A stretch of DNA of 64,000 nucleotides from Eledone cirrhosa (taxonomy: Eukaryota), in assembly GCA_964016885.1 (NCBI GenBank), contig OZ024740.1:94054001-94118000 (forward strand). Direction: 5' to 3'. This document shows positions 41,160-55,287 of this stretch, piece by piece. The notes below the pieces were generated by a model. That model saw nothing but the letters and a program-made list of their open reading frames with translations, ran no database searches and was not told the origin of the DNA. The translations under genes were made by a program, and so were the position numbers. How positions within the stretch are numbered: the stretch's first letter is position 1; each line of letters opens with the position of its first letter.

Positions 41160-42070
41160 TGAGGTTTTCTTTACAAAATGAAAAATAACCGAGGTGTCCT
41201 ACACGAGTGAAAGTATAAAGAAAAGAAGATGAAATCGAAAATGCAACTGGAGTCTTATTTAAAAAAAATATATATATATTTATTTGGTTCTTTTACCGGT
41301 TTCGCAGTTCTTCTGCTTTTCAAAAGTAGAGTTGAGATTAGGGTCTGTCGTTTTTCTCACATCTGGTTGGTCTCTGAATGTTACTTGTTTTATATGGAAA
41401 AAGTGGCTCGAATTGCCAGGTTTTTAGAGAAGTAATTTGATTGGTTGGTCAATAATTATATTAAATTTCGCGCCAGTTCGCGTTAGAACTTTCTTCAAAC
41501 GGGGGGGGGGGGGGGCACAGGTTGTTTTTTTCATATATGAGTGTTTGAATTTATTTTGACTTAAAAGAAGGGTCTCACGCAGTCTTTTTTTTAATAAACG
41601 TAATTTGATTTGTTATAAATGAAATTAAGCTGTCACGTGAACAAGTTTTCATTAAATTGTCGCGCCCTTATTTGGAAATCTATTCTGTAACCTTTTTAGA
41701 GAATTTTATGACAAGCAAAGATAATGGTCAAGAGAAAGTGGATGGGAGAATTGTTCTGGTTCACTGAATATGGTTAGTTCGCTGGGGTGTCAGAATTCAG
41801 ATTTTCTATTGAATAATGAAAGTAAAGATATGTATGTTTATTTGTGTGCTTGTGTGTGCTTGTGTGTGTGTGTGATGCATATTTGTGTTTGAATTTATTT
41901 TTACTTAAAAAAAAGGAACTCACGAAGGCTTTTTTTAAATAAACGTAATTTGATTGGTTATAAATGAAATTATGGCTGTCACGTTAACAGGTTTTCATTA
42001 AATTTCCGCGCCCTTACTTGAAAATCTATTCTGTAGACTTTTTAGAGAATGTTATGACAAGCAAAAGATA
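41160..42070 (+). repeat. Second long copy of the 2095-3070 dispersed family
   Basis: Colinear similarity, including gtcacgtgaacaag subunits and the ggatgggag..ttcgctggggtgtcag block. Confidence 0.8.
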
Positions 42071-42093
42071 ATATATATATAGGAGACAATATG

Positions 42094-42193
42094 ACGCGGA
42101 CGGCAGAGCTCAAGCCGTTTCGACGGCTATTTCTGGACTAAAGTAAGAATTGTTTTAGTCTGGTAAATAAATAGCCGAAAGTTTTCAAGGTGT
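42094..42193 (-). ncRNA. Solo pLTR hammerhead (U3-A8 core) related to the 58.8 kb PLE
   Basis: acacc-TTGAAAA-..cggctattt..gactaaa/tttagtc..aaatagccg-tc-GAA-acggc ttgagctct gccgt-C. Stem I is degenerate. Confidence 0.65.
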
Positions 42194-43373
42194 ACTTCCT
42201 TATATGGGAAGATTGTAGTTGGGAATTGACGTTTTGGGAATTTCATTAGAATTTCATAACGATATATTATTTTCAAATATTTCTAGAAGCATCCCGATAT
42301 GTAAACAAAGAGACAAAAGGAATAGAAAAAATGACAACAAATCAGATGATGTAGAATATACACAATGTCAGAAAGAACTGTTCATGAAAATGCTTACGTG
42401 GTGCTGCATCAGCAAATTTCACAAACTTATTTGTATCTCAGAGGAATTGCCGCATGTATGAGCAGTTATTCAAGCACATAATTCCTTACACGACATTCGG
42501 AAATCGTTTGTGATTTCTTGTTGCGAAGCTCTTCACAAATGAATTCATTTAACATCCCTTATTTAGTGCAAAGCAGAACGCCTAAAAAATGCGGAAGTAT
42601 TCATTTCAAAATGTTGATACATCTTCGATTCTCACACAGGCGAAAATATGAGAAAATGATGTACTACTAAATGTATTTTCCAAACGTAATGTGAACACTG
42701 TTTTAAGACTGCTTGTCTCTAGAAAATAATATAGGCATTACAGATGATTTAATGACTGGACATTATGTCACACTAAATGTAATATTTATAAAAAATCATT
42801 CTACATTTATAAGATTCCCTCTTATATTAACAAATTAGAACATGATAATACAAAACGTATATTTAATTTAAAGGCAATATGATGTGAATCAACATATTTC
42901 AATAAAAGTGTGATCGAACAATATAGAATGAAATATATTATCAATATTCATGTTAGAAAAGTAATTTTGGATGAAATATATGTCAGTGTTTGAGGTAACT
43001 ACATGAATTAAAAATAATATCAAGAATGTTATATCCGTTGCCACGCTGAAACTTAAATATCTTTGAAATATATTAACTTAAAATGTCCTTTCTAGAAGAG
43101 AATAATTGTTTCATGAACTTTTCTTAAACCGTGTGTAATAAGACAAGTCTGAAAAGTGAGGATTTTTAAGCAGGCTGAACAAACAGGGTGAGTCATAAGT
43201 AAAAATGAAACCCACATTATATATTCCAAATGATAATATTTACTAAATTTCTAGTCATAAATTGCAAAATAAATACGTCAAACACAAGTAGTAAAACAAT
43301 TAGAATTAAGGTAATTGTTTAATATATTTGAAGCGTATTTTCAAAACATTATCTGTGACCTTTGCAACAAAGA

Positions 43374-43598
43374 TCAATCTAGCCCCTGTAATTTATGACT
43401 CAAATAGTTGAGCACATTTATTGTTGGATATACTTGTTCTTGTAATGTGAAGGGATATGTTCGTAAATCTATTGCTTTGTGTTTAACATTATCTCTAATA
43501 TACGCAGCTCCTCTCTCCTTTGTTAACCTGTACCTCCTTTGAAATAATGGGGCTATATTCTCCTGTTTTGTTTTTGATGTTGTTACAACAACGGACAA
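43374..43598 (-). pseudogene. Possible highly decayed LINE APE-domain remnant
   Basis: RRYRLTKERGAAYIRDNVKH resembles the RxDRxxxxGGGVAxYI motif. No further motifs were recognised. Confidence 0.25.
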
Positions 43599-45318
43599 GG
43601 CTACTGTTAGCTAACCCATTACTGTGTGTGTCTTCCTTTTATTTCCACATGTCACAAAATCACACACACTCACGCGCACACACACAGAGATATCCATATA
43701 TATTCTTTCCATGTAAGATTGTTTACTTAAAGATTATTGGAGCTCTGGGAACTGTAGCACTATCAATAGAGCATCCAGACTGATAGAGACAACCATTATA
43801 TAGTTAAAGTGACTTACTTTTCCAAGTCATATGTGCCAGTCACTTTTCCTACGTGTGATTTTTTATTTATGTAATAAAGGCAGACAATATTTTGAGAAAC
43901 AAAACCAATATTGCACTGATACTCTATGTTTCTCTCTCTCTCTTTCTCTCTCTATATGTATCTATCTATCTCGCGTTACCACTCGTTTTTCATCCGTCTC
44001 TGCCTTACAATCACTACCTCTTGTTCAACAAATTATCCACCATTTTCTTCACATCCTGTTGTACGCTTATTCATAATGATTCGTCTTTTCTTCGTTTTTT
44101 CTCCTTAATATTAACCAAAATAAGTCGTACATTTGTACGTTGCGTTTTAACCCCGTTTCTTCGTAGGAGATATACTGTCTTGTATTGGTACGTTAATTTG
44201 TCATATTTTTTGTCAGTGCCTCATCTGTACAGTTGTTGTCTTTTCCAGCATCCGGTGTTTTTTTATGACGAATAGTTATTCTTCCTTATAGACTATTATT
44301 TCATTAGGAAGATTAATACAATATATGAACGGCGAGATTATAGACGCAACAAGTAGGCAGCTAGGTGGCATATATCGTAAACATATATATAAGGAAATGA
44401 AATTCAAAATGCAACTGGAGTCATTTAAGAATATTAATTTATTTATTTTACCGGTGGTTTGTCTCGAGACAAACCGCAACAGAAACACGAACTCTCCATC
44501 TCAATTCTACTTGTGAAACGCATAAGCACTGTAAAACCGCTAAAATAAATATATAACTATACTTAAAAGACCCCAGTTGTATTTTCAATTTCTTTTGCCT
44601 ATACTTTCACCCGTGAAGGACATCTTGTTTTTTTCTTTCATTTTCTAAAGCATCAATTTCTTATATAAATATAGCTTCGATTTTATTAAGCTTATACTTG
44701 TATTATTATCTGCTAGAACTAATAATTAATTAATTAATTTAATTAGACAATTATGTTAATTGGTTAATTATTTATGTTTGTTTAATAACGTCTAGTAGAG
44801 AGCTTTTCATTCAGAATGTGAAACCGATTTATTTCCTTTTGTTCACACTTTGAATTTGCCCGCCAACACTTGGGGTTACTTCCCCTGTTAGAAATAGCAG
44901 GTGAGAACGAAACACTGAATGCTGCTTATTGTAGCAGTTCGGCGTTGCAGTCCACACGGCTTGAACCCTAGAACGAAATACCTGTCGATGACGTGAATCC
45001 TCTGTCCGATCATTGAATACCACAAGCTTGCATATTACGTAAGTTGGATTGATGATTTCGGGTTAATGGAAACATATCGGACGTATTGCATATTATTGTT
45101 CGATTTGTCCAGGTCTGTTGTTTAACCTAATTAGTTTTTTCGTTGTTTTGGTATTTTATGGTTAGGTTTACCTGCCGCAATTTTCAATTTGTCAAGCTGT
45201 CTAAGCGTATGTTATTACTCTATGGCCCACAACCTTATTGAGTGCTTTGCTGTACATTCCTAATTTTAGGTCGTTAGCTTGGTCACGGCCAGAGCTTCGA
45301 TTTTACTAAGCTTCCACT

Positions 45319-45376
<58 letters not shown>

Positions 45377-45419
45377 TTCAAAATATTAACAAAAATAGAA
45401 TTTCTTGTGATCAAATATA

Positions 45420-45482
45420 TTTTATTATACATATTTCAGAGGTACTGAGCTAAGCTCAACAGAACGTCCTCATCAGATAAAA
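45420..45482 (-). ncRNA. Type I hammerhead with extended stem II
   Basis: ttttat-CTGATGA-gga..tgagc tta gctca..tct-GAA-atatgtat-A-ataaaa. It terminates the minus-strand PLE at 45.4-48 kb. Confidence 0.7.
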
Positions 45483-46413
45483 TAAGATGATGCATGACAT
45501 ACCCCAACATAGTAGATGGTTAAGATCCAGTCATGGTAGTGAGTGACATATGACAAAACTCAATATGTATATACCTTAAGATTGACACATGAAAACACTT
45601 ACATATAATACATATAATACAGAGGGTGCGTATAAGAAAGCTTAAAAATACATAACAGTAATTTACATAACTATTAGAGTTTCAAATAATTATTGAAGAA
45701 AGAGGACAGAAAAAAAAGACAGAGGGAAACCAGATGAGGGGAAAATATAGCTAGTAGATGTATAGAGAGCAAAATATAATTGATCAAGGAAAGGGAGACA
45801 CATAGGAATAATTATAATTATAGGGAGGGATGAAGTATATATATATATATATATATACATAACTATACATTTGGACATAGCTATGCGATAGAGTCAAGTC
45901 GAATCATTCAATTATTGAATTATCTAGAAATATTCATCCATCTAAATCCGAACTATAACTGGGTGTAATCAATAAAGGTTAATTTCCTTAGTTAATAAGT
46001 TATATATACTATCCAAGCGTATCCGGTTGACCGTTAACTTTCAAAACATTTAAGCTAGTTCAGAGGAATGAATTAATTAAAGTGTATAACATTCAGGCTA
46101 TAAAAGTTTATACATATCTGTATTAATATAAAAGTACACTCTCGCATAATTTATAAAATCATATTTAATGAATTCATATTTAAACTATTTGCAAAAGACG
46201 TGCTATTTTTCATCCTCTCTAAGGTAATTATTATTAATTTTATTATAATATATTTAATTATTTATATTATATATGGAGATAATTCGCATTATATAATTTA
46301 TAAAATAATTACAGTTATAATTTAAAAAAAGTCAGATTAACAATTAAAATGCCTTAAAGCATCAAGAGGCCTTATAATTAAACTTAAACAGGTTTATTAT
46401 TAAATTAGATATA

Positions 46414-46600
46414 AAGGGCGGTGGATTGGCAGTATCGGTAGAGGGTCGGACGCCATGCTTTCCAGCATAGTTACGTCCCTTTATGATCTGAGTTCAAATC
46501 CCGCCGAGGTTGACTTTGCCTTTCATCCTTACGGGGTCGATAAAATTAACTACCAGTAACGCACTGGATAATTGCTGGCCTTGTGCCTAAAGTAGAAACA
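46414..46600 (+). mobile_element. tRNA-derived SINE, full length, with 18 bp TSD
   Basis: A box tggcagtatcgg, B box gagttcaaatccc, core gactttgcctttcatccttacggggtcgataaaa (recalled as Deu/Nin-like). attattaaattagatata at 46396-46413 and 46601-46618. Confidence 0.85.
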
Positions 46601-49600
46601 ATTATTAAATTAGATATATGCATTTGTCTAAATATAAACAGAGATTATATTGTCTAAAGATTAAGATGATACCTATCATTTACATATAACATAATATAAT
46701 ACAATAAATAAGTTATTGATAATATTGTTAAAAATTAAGGTTTTAGATCAATTATTATAAAAAGGTCATGTAACACATATATACTATAAATATACAAGTC
46801 CAACTTCTTGAATCATACGGATAAGAATCTGATTCAAAGTAAGAAAGTGAATTGTCTGCGATCTTAGATTTTCTTCATAAATTTATATAGTAGTATAATG
46901 TGTCTGCAAACATGAGAAAGAGAAAGCCTAAGGATTTTATTGACCCGAAGGTAACCCACATTTAATTAAATTAAATTAAATAATAATCTTTATATAACTT
47001 AGAAAATTTTGAAAATATTTAGAACATATTTAACGATTATAACACTTAGAAAATCATTAAAGTATCTAAAATACTTATCAATAATAATCGTTATATAGCT
47101 TAGAGAATTTAGAATATAATTATAAAATATTTAACGGTTATAACACTAGAAAGTCATTAAAGTATTTAAAGGACTTATAAATATTACTAGAAGCATGTTA
47201 TTATACTAGATATACAGATTTGTTCAAATATAAATAGAGTATTCCAGATATTAGTGATCGATATATATATAATAAATAATTAGTATCATCATTGTTAGTA
47301 ATGTTATAATTGAAGTTTTACATCAAGTTAAGTGGAAAATAGTGTGTCGACTGGTATGGTGTGTGATGCATATACCGTAAACATATATAAATAAAAATAT
47401 ATAAATCAAACTTCCTTAATCGTAAAACATACTCCGAATGAATAAATATACAAAAACATAAATGCATGAATGGTGTACGGTACCTAAACGGGATCCTTTA
47501 ATCTAACATTAACCATGTCATAAAAGAATTAAACAATAAACATTATTAAAGTTTTATAATCTGTTATAACGTTTTAGGTACACAGTTGATAAGAGACGTC
47601 AAACATTAGAATCTGCTTATTTAGTGTTTTTTCCTGAATTTTTGCGAGGCTTGGAATGTAGACACAGCTTTATAAAGGCAGTTTGCGAATAATTCACTCT
47701 TTGTGTTAATTACATTTTCACAATCAGTAATTATTAAAAGGGTCTCCATGGTACAGAGTTTGCAGTTAGGTGATATTGATGAATTCAAATAAATTCTACT
47801 ATTACATAACTTCGCCCAAGATATCGAGTATTTTAATTTTTTTTCTTTTAATGACCATATAAGTTGTGATAATGAAGTCGAAGATTTCATATTAGGATTC
47901 GAAAAAGAGCATTTGTGATTCGCAAATCTTGATTTAAATGTCGTAGAAGTTGCACCTATATAGTTGTATGTGATGTTATTTGCGTTTACGGTGCATTTAT
48001 AGTTGTGTGCTCCTCGGAAATTCCAATATTGATGTGTGTCTGTTAGCTTGTAAAATAGGTTTGTTTTGATATTTTCCTCCTCTTTAATCGTAAGGATATC
48101 AAAAAAGATAGTTCCGTTTTATTATATTCCATGCTAAATTGTATTGTTTAATGAAGCCTGTTTATGATGGATTGGACTATTTGGTGGTCTTCTTGGCTTC
48201 TAACATTTCCAGTTGATATTAACGTAAGTGGCGAAGACGTGACTGAATGTTTGCTGCAGCTAGGAGTATAAGTTGGTTTCTAGGTGACCCATAATGCGTG
48301 TAGCATGTGTTGGGGCTACTTTGGTGCCCATGGCTGTTCCTTTTATTTGTAAATAATGTTCTCTATCAAATCGGAAGTGGTTGTTCTTCAGTACCAATTT
48401 GATTCCTTGGAAAATAAACTCTTTTGGGAATCTCTCTGAAATGAAATATAATCTGGGTGTTTTGTTATCCATAAATCTACAACTACGATTCTTAAGCCAC
48501 GTGGAATGTTAGTATATAAGCTTGTGATGTCAAAGCTGACTACGATTGTTTCTTGGTTTTCCATCTGGGGGATATATTTCAGGAATTCCATATCATCTCT
48601 CATGAAGCTTGGCAGCTTTTTATATAATGGTTTCAGTATAATATCTAATAGGTTGCTTAAACGTTGTGCGCTTGAGGCTGGACCAGCAACACTTGTGCGT
48701 AATTTTACAAATGTCGTTTTTGTTACTCCGACATATGATGTATTTTGGGCTTTTATGTTGTTTTGGATTTCTCTGGATTTGTGAACATTTGTCAACACAT
48801 AAACTTTGGTGGTTATGTAATTGATTTCCTGTAGTGAAAGGTTATTTTGGCATTATTGTCTGTCTTCGCTATTGTTTATTTTCCTTTAAAATCCCTCGTC
48901 ATTCAACTGTTCTAGCGCCATCTCCTTGTAATGATTTTTGTCTATAATGGCGATTGCTCCACGTTTGTAAGCTACTTTTATGATTATATAGGAGTATTTT
49001 TCTAGTTTGTTTAGTGCTAGTAGTTACTCTGTAGGAATGTTGCGTTTGTGGTTCTTCTCTGAAATATTTGACTGTGCCGATCGTCGTAGGCAGATTATGT
49101 ATTCATGCAGGCGTTTATCTCTATTTAACGGTTGTTTGAGGTTCTTTTTATGTTTTTTCTTGTGCAAAAATTCTCCTAGTCCGAATTTTCGACAAAAATC
49201 TCCTGTGTGTTTTATAAAATCAGCTTGATCTAGTTTGGGAATGGGTGTGAACATCAGTGCATTATATAAGTTTAATTTCTCGCTGTGATAATTTCTTGGC
49301 ACGTTTTTTTTTTTTACTTTTTTTCTTTCTTTTCACTTCTTAAACCTTGTTTGTATATAACATTATTCTTTCTGCACCTTCTGTTTAACATGTGCGCACC
49401 ACATTAATACATTTCACTACCATTTGATAATGCATATAAATGCAGAAACCGGTAACAGACAATAATTAAATATATATATATATATAAATAAATGCCATTG
49501 TTAAATAATAAATCAATCAACTAATACCTTAACACTTCAGACAAAGTAAAACATTTCGTTTTAATTATTTTCTAACCCAGAAAAGAGAGAGAGAGAAAAA

Positions 49601-49652
49601 AAAATGAAAAAAAAAAAATGTTTCTTCCTCATAAACGTCTCTTTCTCCCTGT

Positions 49653-49690
<38 letters not shown>

Positions 49691-49784
49691 CGACGGAGGT
49701 GTGGTAAGGAATTAAATGGACCATAACTCACCAAAGTACTCAATACTTAATGTAGTAAAGTGGGGAATAGGAACAAGTTTAGCC

Positions 49785-49868
49785 GCGACGTCGGAGCTCA
49801 AGCCGTTCGACGGCTATTTCTGGAGAGAAATAGCCGTCGAAACGGCTTGAGCTCTGCTGTCAGGGTTA
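49785..49868. repeat. Palindrome made of two 3' halves of the PLE pLTR hammerhead
   Basis: gagctcaagccgttcgacggctatttct / agaaatagccgtcgaaacggcttgagctc. Confidence 0.7.
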
Positions 49869-49941
49869 AAGTGTTTGCTATATATTTATATATATATATA
49901 TGGATTTATGTGTTCAGAATTATTAAACTATATATATATAT

Positions 49942-50353
49942 ATGGTGGCTGCCAACTCGTTTTCGAGTACGGCCACTACTTTATATCCATGTAGGAGAAC
50001 CCCTACCGATGCGCTGAACAAGTGCGACTTTTTAGTCCAGCCTGCGACTTGAACACTCTGGTACAAACACTACACTTGTGACAATTATTGACACATAGTG
50101 CTGGGCCCATAGTACCATGTGACGACAAGTGCAGAGAGATCTCCAGATATAAAGCAATGCCTGTGCCGTGAAGCTTTTATAGTGAGCAAAGGCACTGCAC
50201 AAAGCCAGTCCCACTCTCTTAACCAATATGATATTTACCAAAAAGAAGAACAAGTCAACATCATTGGATACCATCAGAGTTGCAGGTGTTATATCAGAGT
50301 TTTCCTTCTCCTAGAATTCTGCCTTGACAAAGGCTAAGGGGTCATCTCTCCCG

Positions 50354-50357
<4 letters not shown>
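49942..50357 (-). mobile_element. Third copy of the 15 kb non-coding element
   Basis: High identity to 15048-15463. (TA)n on both sides. Confidence 0.8.
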
Positions 50358-50397
<40 letters not shown>

Positions 50398-51479
50398 TAT
50401 ATATACATACATATGGTTTTATATGTGCAAAATGATTACACTATATATCTTTACTCACTATCATATAACGTTCCTCGATCCTTTCATTCTGAAATCAAAG
50501 TCTTATGTTCGAACAATGTGATAGTAAATTACATTCTATTTTGCAGTATATATTCATTTTACCCCTTTATTGAAAAGTGCTTTCAGACGTGCATAGTAAT
50601 ATTAATAGAAAAGACATTTCTGAATGTATAGGCAACAGTCCAAATTCCTAAATGTCACCAATTTACCGCCAGAACGGAAAGAATAGAGTACATCAATATA
50701 GAAGAAAACTAAATACAATGAAAAAATGTGTGAAGCTTGATTAAGTAAAAGCCAAGCCAGACATCATAGAATTAATATAATTGTGTAACATGCTGCCAGA
50801 TTCCAAATTTTCTTTTGAGTATGAACTAGTTGATTTGGTGTTTAACCAACCTAATTCGATTTTCTTAGATAGTTTATGCCTACAAAAATGCAACAAGACT
50901 GCATCAAATCTGTTTTTTATAGAATTATTTTATTCTGTGTAAAACATACTTTTAGTAGTTATTATGTCTGGTAGGATTAAAATTGTATTAATTTATTAAG
51001 TCTCTTCGGATAGCATATGCTTATACATTTTCTTCGTTATTATATTTTAGGTTAGAAGATATGCATGTGATTCGAGTCTTGGGATAACGTGTTTCAGAGG
51101 ATTCGCAAACTAACGGTGTGACAAATAAGTAATTTTAAGCTTAAAACTCATGACATTTTAGTTCTATCAAAACTGTACTATAATATATATCATTCTACAC
51201 ATTGACTGAGTTTTATTTTCAATCTTTGGACTTATACAACTAATCAAAATTATATATTAAATACTTTTCACAATATTGCTACTTAAATATTCACCTGTAC
51301 ATCAACCTTAAATGTCAAGAAGTAAATGTGTTAGAGAGCTTCACATATTTTCAGGAAATAATATGTAATTATGAAAATATAATGCAGTATTATTATCAGT
51401 TTCCCCGAGGTGGATATTATCAATTTTCAGTTATGTCGCCAATATATGCATTTCTACATCACAGCCTCCCATCCCCGAC

Positions 51480-54400
51480 ATTAAAAAATTGGTCTTCCCG
51501 CATACGGCTCCAAGTGGCAGAAGACATCCGCGAGGACATCGACAAATAAGACAAGCATATGTACAAAATTCTTGTAGTACAGACCATCCAAATCAAGGTT
51601 CCTGCGCCTCATGCAATTTGCCGTAACGCGGCTGATGTTATAGACTTTTCGCAGCCATCCGCATATTTCCCATTCCCTGTTAACGGTAGAGGGTAAGATT
51701 ACAGAACGGATTCCAGTCATTTGAAGAAACACATTTTTGTTGCTGCAGTCGTGGCAAAGTCAGTAACTAATCTCATATGACTCTCTCTAATATTGTTGTC
51801 TCCAGGAACACACACTTACATTCCGGATCCACAAAGATCGTCCGTACCTTGAGATAAACAGCACTGTGACTTCGTTTCATGTTCCATGCTGACGAAGAGA
51901 TTAATAGATTTCAATATGATCACCATTAGGGAGTTGTGCGTGCGTATCGGAAATACTGGTCTCTCTTACGGCTGCAACATCCATAGGTAAATAACCGAGC
52001 GATTTTAGCAACATAAATTCCTTCCAGGACGTCCCCAGGAGACGAGCATTATACCAACTACTCTTAAAATTGAAAATGAAAAAACATGGCTAATTACCTA
52101 TCCTGCATTGATGGTAACCCGGTGGTTTTACTTCCACATGAAGGTGGGAATCATTTGTGAACCCCTTTAAAAGCTACTGGTGACTTTTACCATAAAAGTT
52201 CCCATATCTTAAAGAAATCGCTCACTAATGTTTTCATATGTCTCAAGAAAAATGCCCACCAATCGAGACGACACGAGCCTCTTAAATGATCTGGTGCTCC
52301 AAATCATCCCCTCTCTTTCAATATTCACACGTCGTGTTATAAAGGACATAATTTCATTATTGAGCCCGCCCCCCCCTCCCTCATTTACAAATATGTCACA
52401 TTGTTAGGCTTTCTTTGGTGTTATGTTTGTGTAGCTATACACTTGCGTTTTTCTTGTGTATATTTATTGTTTGGTTAATTATGTTAGTGTGACTGGTTTC
52501 GATGTTGTGTTGTTGGTTACGGTAGTGGGGGAGTTGATGTTATTCTGAATGTGTGTACATTTCGTGTGGGTTAGTGTTCATTGTTTTATCGACTTTGTGC
52601 TAGCATCTGCCAAAATCTATTGTTTTCTCTTCTTAATGTTTGTTTTTTTATGTTTTTCTTCATTATCGTCACCGGGAGATAAAGATTGACAGAACATGTG
52701 ATTTGAAAGGAGGGGGATGTGTCTGTGTGATTGTCAATGTGCGTGTCTGTCTTTTGATAAGTTGAAAATTGAGAGGGAGATGTAGAGCTTCGTTTAGAAC
52801 ATTCCAGTCTAGCTCTGATTATTTCTGTTGTGGTGGTGGTTCTTTTACTGTTGCAGTGGCCTTTTTGTTGAAGTTGCAGCTGTGGCTTACGACTGCGCTG
52901 CTGCTGCACTGATTCATGCCACTATTAATTTTGTTGATGTTGCTATGCTCCTGGAGCTGGTGACACTGTTGACGTTGCTTTGGCTTTTGGAGGCCTGGTG
53001 CTGGGAGCAAGCGTGCTCCCTATCTCCTTCTTTTCTGGAGAAGGCGGAGAGCTGCATCGCATCCTATAGCACTATACATATTGCACTGAGCTTTTGCCTT
53101 CACCTACACCATATAAATCAACTCCTGATGGATGTCAAATGAAGTCTGGGATCTTGTCTATTTTGTTTCGTTGTACGTGGAAGATGATATCCAATCTAAC
53201 ATTAGATCACATTTTTCTCTGTGATCTTCTCACTTCTAGTTAAATCTCCAGGTTGTTCAGGATCCATCAGGTAATCAAGTCTGGCTAGATTCCAGAAATC
53301 CTGACCATTACTGTTTTCTCACTATATATGAAAGGCAAACACACGTTTGTCGGTGCGACAGTGTAACAAAGGACGTTTGTTGACCAGGGCTTTATGAGTA
53401 GGGTGTACGGAAATACCAGCAAGCTACATTGCTCATGAGATGTGCTAAATATCAATGGTTATCTTATTCAGTGATCTTACTATAAACTAATCAAAATAAA
53501 ACTTGCTATAAACTAATCAAAATCCTCAAAAGATGGGTTGATGTAGTCAGTTACTCGAGGTGTTGGCACCTTTGACGTTAAAACATTCATATATAAATGG
53601 TGCCAGCAGCAGATGGACCACGTAAGAGGTGGATCACTCTTCTTTCAAAAAGTAGTGACTGAACAGACGCAACAATAAGGTACGATGTAAAATATAGCTA
53701 ATGGCATCGGTTAACTGGTAATATATTACGGATGTGATGTAGGATATATCGTATCTACTCAATGTTTAGAGATAGCTTCCTCTTGGCACTTGTCCCACCT
53801 CTGGCTAAGATGGAACAATATTTTCGTATCAATCTGGAAATACTTACGAAACTGACCTCGAGCAATTTAACTGACCAACCAACTAATTTTGCACGATGCT
53901 TTGAACAACATGCTTTGACTCAATATTTGTTGATCTGCTAACCCAACTCATTGATCTGGTTATTCGCCGTACGTTTAAACGTTTCCTATTCCTCAATGAA
54001 TTTGCCGGTCATCTCCATTTCCAGATGTTAAGCACCATTATGTCAACACTGTTCCAAATATGCCGACGCAGCCCTCTTATTTAACGGTTCAGTATTAGCT
54101 CCAAGTTTTGAAAGAGTAGCTCGAGAGTCAGTATGTACACATGTGTGACTAGATTGCATCATTGCTGCACCGATAGGGTGATATGAAACGGGTCCGATAT
54201 CAAGCTCTTTACTCCAGCTATTCATCGAAACAAATCACCACTTGAAAACTGGACGGAAATCGACTATATTATATGCAGCATCATTGTAAAGATGGTCGAC
54301 CAGTTCTACAAGTTGAAGCTAGAAAGAAACATTCGTAGTGGCGCTTTAAAGCTGGGGACCTTTATTCAGCTTATTTTCCATCGTCGCTCACATCGCACAA

Positions 54401-54650
54401 CTTCACTCAGACATAGCAGCCTTTCTGTTTCCCACGGAAGAAAATGTTTTCACATCACGTTCTCTTTAGGTTGAGCAGGGTGACGCTTATTATTCCAGGT
54501 GATGCAGGCCAGGCGCATCCAGATAACAAATCTGTCCGGATTCCGGAAGTATTTACTAAATTGTACAGTCATTCAACCGTAATAAGTAAAGAACACTGTC
54601 GCCGTATCGACATGGGACCTCTGAATAATTGACCACGGGGTTTTTACGAT
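51480..54650 (-). pseudogene. Old, heavily decayed Tx1-type LINE fragments (at least two)
   Basis: LDGLYYKNFVHMLVLFVDVLADVFCH (~51.5 kb) parallels LDGLPYELYVHMPDFFGGLLADAYCN. KRKLSL and VKLL remnants at ~53.8 kb, and a Q/T-rich ORF1-like stretch at 52.6-53 kb. Confidence 0.55.
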
Positions 54651-54726
54651 CTATAAATTGCATGTAGATCTACAAAAACACAACTGCCTTTTAAACGCTT
54701 TTTAATTCATATTTTCTGTGTGTGTG

Positions 54727-54780
<54 letters not shown>

Positions 54781-54826
54781 AAAATAAAAGGAGGCTGGAC
54801 TTGTGTAAATCCTTGAAAGGTTTATT

Positions 54827-54884
54827 ATACTATGATCATTTCAATGACCAGGTTCCGTATGAATCCAGTGATATCATCAGGTAT
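54827..54884 (-). ncRNA. Type I hammerhead with 31 nt stem II region
   Basis: atac-CTGATGA-(31 nt)-GAA-atgatcat(palindrome)-A-gtat. Confidence 0.7.
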
Positions 54885-54985
54885 TCGAAATATAACAAAG
54901 GAATATAACAGATAAAATCCATGGGGCTGAAAATCATAGACAACAGGACGACCAACCATCTAGCATCTTCTACTTTAGTCGGTCG

Positions 54986-55081
<96 letters not shown>

Positions 55082-55190
55082 AGGAATTCCAACTTTGTCT
55101 GATTCACTCGTTTTATTTACAATCCTTTAAAATTTATAATGGTATTATAATGAAATAGTATGATAGAATATTAAATTCTAAGTGTTAATT

Positions 55191-55227
55191 GAACAAGTAC
55201 TTTCATGCTTTCGCAATCATCAGGTTC
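55191..55227 (-). ncRNA. Minimal hammerhead ribozyme
   Basis: gaac-CTGATGA-t[tgc gaaa gca]t-GAA-agtact-T-gttc. Confidence 0.8.
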
Positions 55228-55250
55228 ATAAAATGTGGTGACAGTCACAT

Positions 55251-55287
55251 GAACCTGAAGATTGCGAAAGCATGAAAGTACTTGTTG
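55251..55287 (+). ncRNA. Minimal hammerhead ribozyme (inverted partner)
   Basis: gaac-CTGAAGA-t[tgc gaaa gca]t-GAA-agtact-T-gttg. Confidence 0.78.

Larger units (their letters stand above)
45373..49310 (-). mobile_element. Composite decayed PLE (Neptune-like RT plus a different-type endonuclease C-terminus and long UTR)
   Basis: [28 protein letters not shown] and KLTDTHQY, followed by YNYIGATSTTFKSRFANH..LSQLIWSLK..CKLCTME..INTKSELFANC. Confidence 0.75.

Noticed and set aside
44829-45023. 64 aa ORF as a host exon or PLE fragment
   Set aside because: No recognisable motif.
46414-46505. tRNA gene
   Set aside because: A and B boxes are present but there is no cloverleaf. It is the SINE head, with a TSD.
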